Shown piece by piece: positions 54,316 through 64,000 of a stretch of 64,000 nucleotides of DNA (within the stretch, counting starts at the first letter, position 1; each line of letters starts with the position of its first letter). The translations under genes were made by a program, and so were the position numbers. The DNA lies in assembly GCA_964016885.1 (NCBI GenBank), contig OZ024763.1:2852001-2916000 (forward strand), given 5' to 3'. The notes below the pieces were generated by a model, which made no database searches, was not told the DNA's origin, and worked only from the letters and a program-made list of their open reading frames with translations. Source of the stretch: Eledone cirrhosa. Lineage: Eukaryota.

Positions 54316-54895
54316 ACAGAGATTGACTTTGTTAGTTTCAGAAGATCCCGTTAAGGGTGAAAGCAGCGATTCTTTGCTTAAACTTTAATCTGTTATTTTA
54401 ATAAATATTTGCTCTACGGTTCTTATATATTTGATATATATTTATCGTTATCGAGCCCTCTTTGGATTTTAGTCTTCAAATTTATTATTATTACTATATA
54501 TATATATATATAGTGGAGCAAGAGACCTCTTGGAGAAGGTCACTCTCATATAAAACCTGTAACTTCGTGTTTGTATCCAATGGTGTAGACCAGTTTTTCT
54601 TTTGGGGTGAATGCATTCGATGTTCAGCGAGTGGGATTGGCTCCGTGCAAAGCTTTTCCTCACTTAAAAATGTTTCAAACACAGACATCACTTGGTATGT
54701 GACATTTTCTACGATGCATGGTATTGCTGGTCATAAGCAAGTCCCTAGCAGGAATAAAAATCCACGTCTGTGATGCTCATGTTTAAGTATGAAGCGACGG
54801 CATTACTCGAAAGCGAGTTGCAGCAATCATATATATAAATATATATATATATATATAATATATAAGATCAAAAGATGGTTAAAGGAGTTCCATGT

Positions 54896-54964
54896 ATTTT
54901 ATTATGCGCATTTCAAAAACAAACATCATCATGCAATAATATTTGTGTTTTCATCAGATAAAAC
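54896..54964 (-). ncRNA. Minimal hammerhead within fold-back remnant 54855-55172
   Basis: GUUUUAU CUGAUGA AAAC...GUUUUU GAAA UGCGCAUA AUAAAAU; helix III AUGCGCAU is a perfect palindrome. Confidence 0.8.
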
Positions 54965-55170
54965 AGGAGGACATGATATGAAGGCTAAAAAACACTTGTG
55001 GATAGTGCAGTTTTAAATCAACATATTGAAATGCGCATAATAAAATACATCGAACTCCTTTAACCATCTTTTGATCTTATATATTATGTATACTCCAGTC
55101 CTACAAACTGTAGAGTGCTTCTTATCCGATATCTGCATTGCTTTATTGTACTACAATAAAACTCACCTCC

Positions 55171-55210
<40 letters not shown>

Positions 55211-55280
55211 CTTCCAACAGTAATGGTTGCATTCTTTAAGGGTATGTCAATATATTTATTTATAAAACTGCTCTATATTA

Positions 55281-55345
55281 TATTTTATCTGATGAAAGCA
55301 CACCATAATTTAACTTGGTGTCCTTGAAATATGTATAATGAAATA
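55281..55345 (+). ncRNA. Minimal hammerhead followed by a tail to about 55475
   Basis: UAUUUUAU CUGAUGA AAGc ACACCA...UGGUGU cCUU GAAA UAUGUAUA AUGAAAUA. Confidence 0.8.
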
Positions 55346-55625
55346 AATATGGTTTTATAAATATAGTTTCCATTTGTTAATATCGTATTTTTACTCCAAT
55401 TATTTGTTGAGTGCTTTATATCAGTTATAAAAATATTTGCTTGTTGTATCCCAACAATTTAAATAGAACTTTTACATATATATATATATATACATATGCG
55501 TATGTATATATATATGCATATGTATATATATATGCATATGTATACATACATATATATATATATGCATATGTATACATACATATATATATATATATATATG
55601 CATATGTATATATATATGCATATGT

Positions 55626-55657
<32 letters not shown>

Positions 55658-55665
55658 GCATATGT

Positions 55666-55708
<43 letters not shown>

Positions 55709-55992
55709 TATGTATACATACATGCGTATACATACATACGTATGCATTTTTTCTTTCATAGCGAGGCTCCCATATGTTTATAGTATATAAACATACTACA
55801 TACGTTTATATACACCCACCCCTATTATGTCTTACGCTGTCTTAGTGTCACTTCCAATACACGCAATCGCACACACACACACACATATATATATACAGGG
55901 TGTCCCAAAATGTATACACACTTTGATTAGAATGCTGCTAAAGTGTGTATACATTTTGGGGGGGACACCCTATATATATATACACACAAGCA

Positions 55993-56025
<33 letters not shown>

Positions 56026-56075
56026 GTGTGTATACGCATATATGTGTGTATACACATATATATATGTATGTATAC

Positions 56076-56107
<32 letters not shown>

Positions 56108-56214
56108 ATACATATTTATATATATATATGTGTATGTGTACTTTGAACTTTTCTTAAGTAGGACATGTTTGGATTATTACAGGCGTCGGCTGCTACTGCG
56201 AGTACCCGACAGTC

Positions 56215-57140
56215 ATAACCACCATCATCGTCATCATCACCACTACCACAGCTATCATCATCATTGTCATCACAATCATACCCCCACCACCGCCATCATC
56301 ATCATCATCATCATCATCGCCATCATCACAATCATACCCACCACAACCACCATCACCACCATCATCGTCATCACCAACAACCACCACCACCACCACCATC
56401 ACCATCATCATCGTCATCACCAACAACCACCACCATCAGCAACAATAACAACCATCACCAACAACCATCACCATCAGCAGTCCCCATCACCACTATCATC
56501 ATTCACGCACGCCGCCAACACTATCACCGCCACCACCACTACTAGCAGTCCCCCATCTCCACCATCAACCTCATTACTAAAACAACCTAACCCACCGTCG
56601 CCACCACCACTATTCTCACAAGCGCCACCTTCGTCATGGCAAGCAGCAGCAACCACCACCATCATCATCATCACTGCTGCTGCTACTACTACCACTACTA
56701 CTATTACTACCATTACTACTACTACTACTATTACTACTACTACTACTACTACTGCTGCTACTACCATTACTACTACTACTACTACTGCTACTAGCATTGC
56801 TATAACCAGCAGCCGTTGCCATCGCCACCGCCTTCACTAATATAATAAACATCCCCACCATTACCACCTTTGATAGACCTAGCAGACATCGCCGTCACCA
56901 CCATCATCGTTATACACACCACCACAGCCTCCACCACCGTCACCACCATTATCATCATCTTCATCACTTGATTACCGCCAGTGTAGAATCGTCTTAGTAG
57001 TCGGAGGGGGGGGGGGTTAGTTAGGGAAACTGGCTCACACTACAGCTACTGCTGCTATTGTTGCTGCTGTTATTACTACTACGACTACTACTACTACTAC
57101 TATTACTGCTACTACTATTACTACTACTACTACTACTAAG
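56215..57140. repeat. (CAT/CAC/TAC)n low-complexity region
   Basis: Direct inspection. Confidence 0.85.
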
Positions 57141-57339
57141 ACGAAGAAAGAAGAATTACTTGCTTGCCTGCTTTTCTCTATATCTTTCCTTCCTTTTCTC
57201 TTCCCCCTCTCTCGTTTAATCTCTCTTCCCCTCTCCCCCTCCCTTTCTCGTTCAGTCTCTCTTCCTCTCTTTCCCTCTCGTTCAATCTGTTTCTCGTGAG
57301 ATGCGAGAGAGAAAGTGAGAAGCTGAGCTGTTTGAATGT

Positions 57340-58195
57340 AGCAGAAATGTTTGGTCAAAGATAGACGGAAGAATATACAGACAGACAGATAGATAGATAG
57401 ATTGACAGACATAGAGACAACGTGAGAAGCTGAACTGCTTGTATGTAATATAGCAGACATGGTTGGTCAAATATAGGAAGAAAAGAAGGATTAATAGACA
57501 TAGTAGAGACAACGTGAGATGGTGAACTGTATGTAGCAGATATGTTTCGTCACAGATAGAAGGAAGAAGAGAGCTTAATTGTAGTGCACCTGAGCAGTGT
57601 ATACAATAATACTCATTTATTAAAAGACGACGTGAGGTGAGCTGCTAGGATGTAATATATCAGATATGGTTGGTCACATATAGAAAGAAGACCCCCCCAA
57701 AAAAACAGACAAACAATATGAGAAGGTGAGCTGTATGTCTTTACTATAGGAGACGTGGTTGATCACAGATAGAAAGAAAGAAGGCCCCCTCAAAACAGAC
57801 AGGCAACGTGAGGTGAGGTGTTTGTACTCTAGGAGACATGGTTGATCACAGATAGAAAGAAAGAAGGCCCCCTCAAAACAGACAGGCAACGTGAAGTGAG
57901 GTGTTTGTACTATAGGAGACATGGTTGATCACAGATAGAAAGAAAGAAGACCCCCCCCCCCTCAAAACAGACAATCAACGTGAGAAGGTGAGCTGTTTGG
58001 AAGGAATATTACAGAGATGCTTGGTCACAGATAGAAGGAAGAGAAGAAGAATAGACAGACACATCGTGAGAAGGTGAGCTGTTTGGAAGGGATATTACAG
58101 AGATATTTGATCACAGATAGAACTGAGACATACAGACAACGTGAGAAGGTGAGTTGTATGTAATGTAGGAGACATGTTTGGTCAAACATAGAAGA
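57340..58195. repeat. Degenerate ~80-bp tandem repeats
   Basis: Recurrent caacgtgag(aa)ggtgagctgt...atggttg(a/g)tcacagatagaa. Confidence 0.7.
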
Positions 58196-59143
58196 GAAGG
58201 AAAGAGAAGAAGAAAAAGACAACTAGACTGCTAGACAGACAGATAGACATTGAAGATCGTGAGGTTGGATAATCTTTGATAGATTTTGAAGAATAGTCGG
58301 CGACGACCGATGAATGTATGTGATTCGCAATGGGATAATACAAGAAAAATATCGAAAGGAGGAGAAGGAAGAGAGAGAGAAGAGAGGAAAAAAAAAAAGA
58401 AGGAAACGTGGAGGAAAGTGACAAGCACCTTGCTGTGGTGAGTGTGACATTGAAATTTCTCTGACAATAGATTTATTTTCACCTATGTTGTTAGCTATAT
58501 CTCTATGTGTGTATATATGATATATATATATGTATGTGTGAGTATATATATATATATATTATAGATATATTATATATAGACACATTCATTCATGTATGTA
58601 TAGACATATATATGTAATTATATATTCGTGTATGTTCACGTATGTTGTTAGTTGTCTGTATATATATGTATATATATGTATATATATATATATATATATG
58701 TATATAATATATATATATATATACATGAATGTATATATATATATATAGAGAGAGATACATTCATATATGTATATATAGATACATTCATATATGTATATAT
58801 AGACGCATTCATATATATATATGTAATTATACTTTTGTGTATGTTGTTAGTTATTGTCTGTATATATGTATATATATAACATATATATACACACTTATGT
58901 ATCTGTATACATACGTACACATTCATGTATGTATATATATTATATATATATACTGTATATATTATACATTCGTGTATGATCACGTATGTTAGTAATTGTC
59001 TGTCTGTGTGTGTATATATTTATATATATACACACACAGATATATGGATATGTATAGACAAGTTCGTGTATGTATGTATGAATATATATACTGTATATAT
59101 TATACATTCGTGTATGATCACGTATGTTAGTAATTGTCTGTCC

Positions 59144-59191
<48 letters not shown>

Positions 59192-59329
59192 TCACAGATA
59201 TATGGATATGTTTAGACACGTTCGTGTATGTATGTATGAATGTATATATATACACACACATTCGAGTATTAGTGCAATCAAGCACTCCTGATCCCCGAGT
59301 TTTTGGTGTAAATAAGATTTTCACAGCTC

Positions 59330-62300
59330 TAATATAACATATATATACACACACTCGTGTATGTATATATATATATATATAATATATATATATACACACA
59401 CTCGTGTATGTATATATATATATATATAATATATATATATACACACACTCGTGTATGTATAATTAGCGCAATTAAGCACGAAGCTCATGACACTTGGGTA
59501 TTTGGTATAAATAAAATCCACAGCTACAATATATATATGTATATAGTATGTATATATATATATATAGTATGTATATATATATATAGTATGTATATATATA
59601 TTGTATGTATATATATGTATATATATGTATATAGTATGTATATAGTATGTATATATATGTATATAGTATGTATATATATGTATATAGTATGTATATAGTA
59701 TGTATATATATGTATATAGTATGTATATATATATAGTATGTATATAGTATGTATATATATGTATATAGTATCTATATATATGTATATAGTATGTGTATAT
59801 ATGTATATATATGTATATATATGTATATAGTATGTATATATATGTATATATGTATATATATGTATATAGTATGTATATATATATGTATATAGCATGTATA
59901 TATATGTATATATATATGTATATAGCATGTATATATATGTATATATATGTATATAACATGTATATATATGTATATAACATGTATATATATGTATATAGCA
60001 TGTATATATATGTATATAGCATGTATATATATGTATATAGCATGTATATATATGTATATAGCATGTATATATATGTATATAGCATGTATATATATGTATA
60101 TAGCATGTATATATATGTATGTAGCATGTATATATATGTATATAGCATGTATATATATGTATATATATGTATATAGCATGTATATATATGTATATAGCAT
60201 GTATATATATGTATACAGTATGTATATATATATATATATGTATATAGTATGTATATATAAATATGTATATAGTATGTATATATAAATATGTATATAGTAT
60301 GTATATATAAATATGTATATAGTATGTATATATAAATATGTATATAGTATGTATATATATATATGTATGTATATAGTATGTATATATATAGTATGTATAT
60401 ATATATATGTATATAGTATGTATATATATATATGTATGTATATAGTATGTATATATATATATGTATATAGTATGTATATAGTATGTATGTATATATATAT
60501 ATGTATGTATATATATATATGTATATATATATATGTATGTATATAGTATGTATATATATATATGTATATATATATATGTATGTATATATATATATGTATG
60601 TATATAGTATGTATATATATATATATATATATATGTATATAGTATGTATATGTATGTATATAGTATGTATATGTATGTATATAGTATGTATATGTATGTA
60701 TATAGTATGTATATATATATATGTATATAGTATGTATATAGTATGTATATATATATATGTATATAGTATGTATATAGTATGTATATATATATATGTATTT
60801 AGTATGTATATATATATATGTATATAGTATGTATATATATATATGTATATAGTATGTATATATATATATGTATATAGTATGTATATATATATATGTATTT
60901 AGTATGTATATATATATGTATATAGTATGTATATATATATGTATATAGTATGTATATATATATGTATATAGTATGTATATATATATGTATATAGTATGTA
61001 TATATATATGTATATAGTGTGTATATATATATGTATATAGTATGTATATATATATGTATATAGTATGTATATATATATGTATATAGTATGTATATATATA
61101 TGTATATAGTATGTATATATATATGTATATAGTATGTATATATATATGTATATAGTATGTATATGTATGTATATATATATATATAGTATGTATGTATATA
61201 TATATATATAGTATGTATGTATATATATATATATAGTATGTATGTATATATATATATATAGTATGTATGTATATATATATATATAGTATGTATGTATATA
61301 TATATATATAGTATGTATGAATATATATATATGTATATAGTATGTATGAATATATATATATGTATATAGTATGTATGAATATATATATATGTATATAGTA
61401 TGTATATGTATATATATATATGTATATAGTATGTATATGTATATATATATATATGTATATAGTATGTATATATATATATATATATAGTATATATATATAT
61501 ATGTATATAGTATATATATATATATATATATATAGTATGTATACATATATGTATATAGTATGTATATATATATATATATATAGTATGTATATATATATAT
61601 ATATATATAGTATGTATACATATATGTATATAGTATGTATACATATATGTATATAGTATGTATATATATATATATGTATATAGTATGTATATATATATAT
61701 ATGTATATAGTATGTATATATATATATGTATATATATATATGTATATAGTATGTATATATATATATGTATATATATATATGTATATAGTATGTATATATA
61801 TATATGTATATATATATATGTATATAGTATGTATATATATATGTATATAGTATGTATATATATATATGTATATAGTATGTATGTATATAGTATGTATATA
61901 TATATGTATATAGTATGTATATATATATATATGTATATAGTATGTATATATATATAGGTATGTATATATATATATAGGTATATATATATATAGGTATGTA
62001 TATATATAGGTATGTATATATATAGGTATGTATATGTATTGGTATGTATATGTATTGGTATATATATGTATATAGTATGTATATATATATATGTATATAG
62101 TATGTATGTATATAGTATGTATATATATATGTATATAGTATGTATATATATATATATGTATATAGTATGTATACATATATTGGTATGTATATATATATTG
62201 GTATGTATATATATATTGGTATGTATATATATATAGGTGTATATATATATATATATAGGTGTATATATATATATATATAGGTGTATATATATATATATAT

Positions 62301-62382
62301 ATAGGTGTATATATATATATATATATAGGTGTATATATATATATATATATAGGTATATAGGTGTATATATATATATATATAG

Positions 62383-62419
<37 letters not shown>

Positions 62420-63001
62420 TGTATATATATATATATATAGGTGTATATATATATATATAGGTGTATATATATATATATATAGGTGTATATATATATATAT
62501 ATATATATATAGGTGTATATATATATATATAGGTGTATATATATATATATAGGTGTATATATATATATATAGGTGTATATATATATATATAGGTATATAT
62601 GTATATATATAGGTATATATGTATATATATATATAGGTATGTATGTATATATATATATATATGTATGTATATATATATATATAGGTATGTATGTATATAT
62701 ATATATAGGTATGTATGTATATATATATATATAGGTATGTATGTATATATATATATAGGTATGTATGTATATATATATAGGTATGTATGTATATATATAT
62801 ATAGGTATGTATGTATATATATATAGGTATGTACGTATATATATATATAGGTATGTATGTATATATATATAGGTATGTATGTATATATATATATAGGTAT
62901 GCATATATATAGGTATGTATATATATAGGTATGTATATATATATATGTAGATATATATGCATATATATATATGCATATATATATATATGCATATATATAT
63001 G

Positions 63002-63048
<47 letters not shown>

Positions 63049-63625
63049 GTATATATATAGGTATATATATATATAGGTATATATATAGGTATATATATAT
63101 ATAGGTATATATATATATAGGTATATATATAGGTATATATATATATATAGGTATATATATATATATAGGTATATATATATATATAGGTATATATATATAT
63201 ATAGGTATATATATATATATAGGTATATATATATATATAGGTATATATATATATATAGGTATATATATATATATAGGTATATATATATATATATAGGTAT
63301 ATATATATATATAGGTATATATATATATATATATAGGTATATATATAGTATATATATATAGGTATATATATATATATAGGTATATATATATAGGTATATA
63401 TATAGGTATATATATAGTATATATATATAGTGTATATATATATATATAGTATATATATATATATAGTGTATATATATATATATATAGTATATATATATAT
63501 ATATAGGTATATATATATAGTATATATATATATATATAGGTATATATATAGTATATATATATATATATATAGGTATATATATAGTATATATATATATATA
63601 TATAGTATATATATAGTATGTATAT
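59330..63625. repeat. Large compound TA-rich microsatellite field (TATAG/TAGC/TAGG variants)
   Basis: Direct inspection; explains all long I/Y/H/T ORFs. Confidence 0.95.
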
Positions 63626-64000
63626 ATGTTTACACAGACTGAAGAATTGTGTATGGTTAAGACTAAAATATTTCTTTATATGCACGTATGTTTTATATAT
63701 AAATGTATATATATGTCTATATATATATATACTGTAAATATTAAACATGTATATTTAATTAGTATATAAATATAAATATATATATATAACATGTATATAT
63801 GTATTTACTATAAAACTAAATGGATGTAGAAAAGATTTTACATATATCTACATCTGTATATTAAACATGTTTAAATGTGTGTATGAATTATACATACAGT
63901 CACTTATATATATATGTGTGTGTGTATTTATATAATTGTATATATTAGACGTGTATGTAGAATGTCTATATATATTTCTCCCTTTAATTCTGAATATATA

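Noticed and set aside
54469-54830. Short ORFs in a moderately GC-rich island
   Set aside because: No recognisable domain or splice sites and stops in extended frames; probably an unidentified TE fragment.
58200-58445. Possible 5' UTR exon ending at a GTGAGT donor
   Set aside because: Single motif with no downstream exon in the window; cannot be supported.
59321-63748. Very long ORFs (up to 949 aa) rich in I/Y/H/T; similar ones at 14.6-15.7, 31.2-32.2, 39.1-39.7 and 42.9-45.2 kb
   Set aside because: Translations of TA/CA/CT microsatellites that lack stop codons; no coding complexity.

Overview
Eukaryotic, very AT-rich and microsatellite-rich DNA. The SINE/LINE repertoire and (TA)n density suggest a coleoid cephalopod, probably an octopod (inference). 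The only well-supported host gene is an Ikaros/Hunchback-type C2H2 zinc-finger transcription factor: terminal coding exon 6839-8385, with a probable upstream start-codon exon at 1680-1775. The rest is repeats: CR1/L2 and RTE LINE fragments, two tRNA-derived SINE families, piggyBac-, mariner- and hAT-type MITEs, TE-derived minisatellites and large microsatellite fields; most ORF-track entries are artefacts of these. The main hidden structure is about 20 short non-coding modules, from at least 10 sequence-distinct families, embedded in (TA)n tracts. They share one architecture: an inverted repeat, a minimal hammerhead-ribozyme motif (CUGANGA...GAAA with a short palindromic helix III) and, in many, a 3' tail hairpin ACTC...GAGTRCT starting a few nt past the end of the inverted arm. 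This fits Penelope-like element (PLE) pseudo-LTR remnants. One PLE that keeps its RT-thumb/GIY-YIG ORF sits just downstream of the zinc-finger gene and contains an inverted ~580-bp copy of that gene's coding exon, fused in frame to the endonuclease ORF. All coordinates and folds were read by eye and repeat boundaries are approximate.
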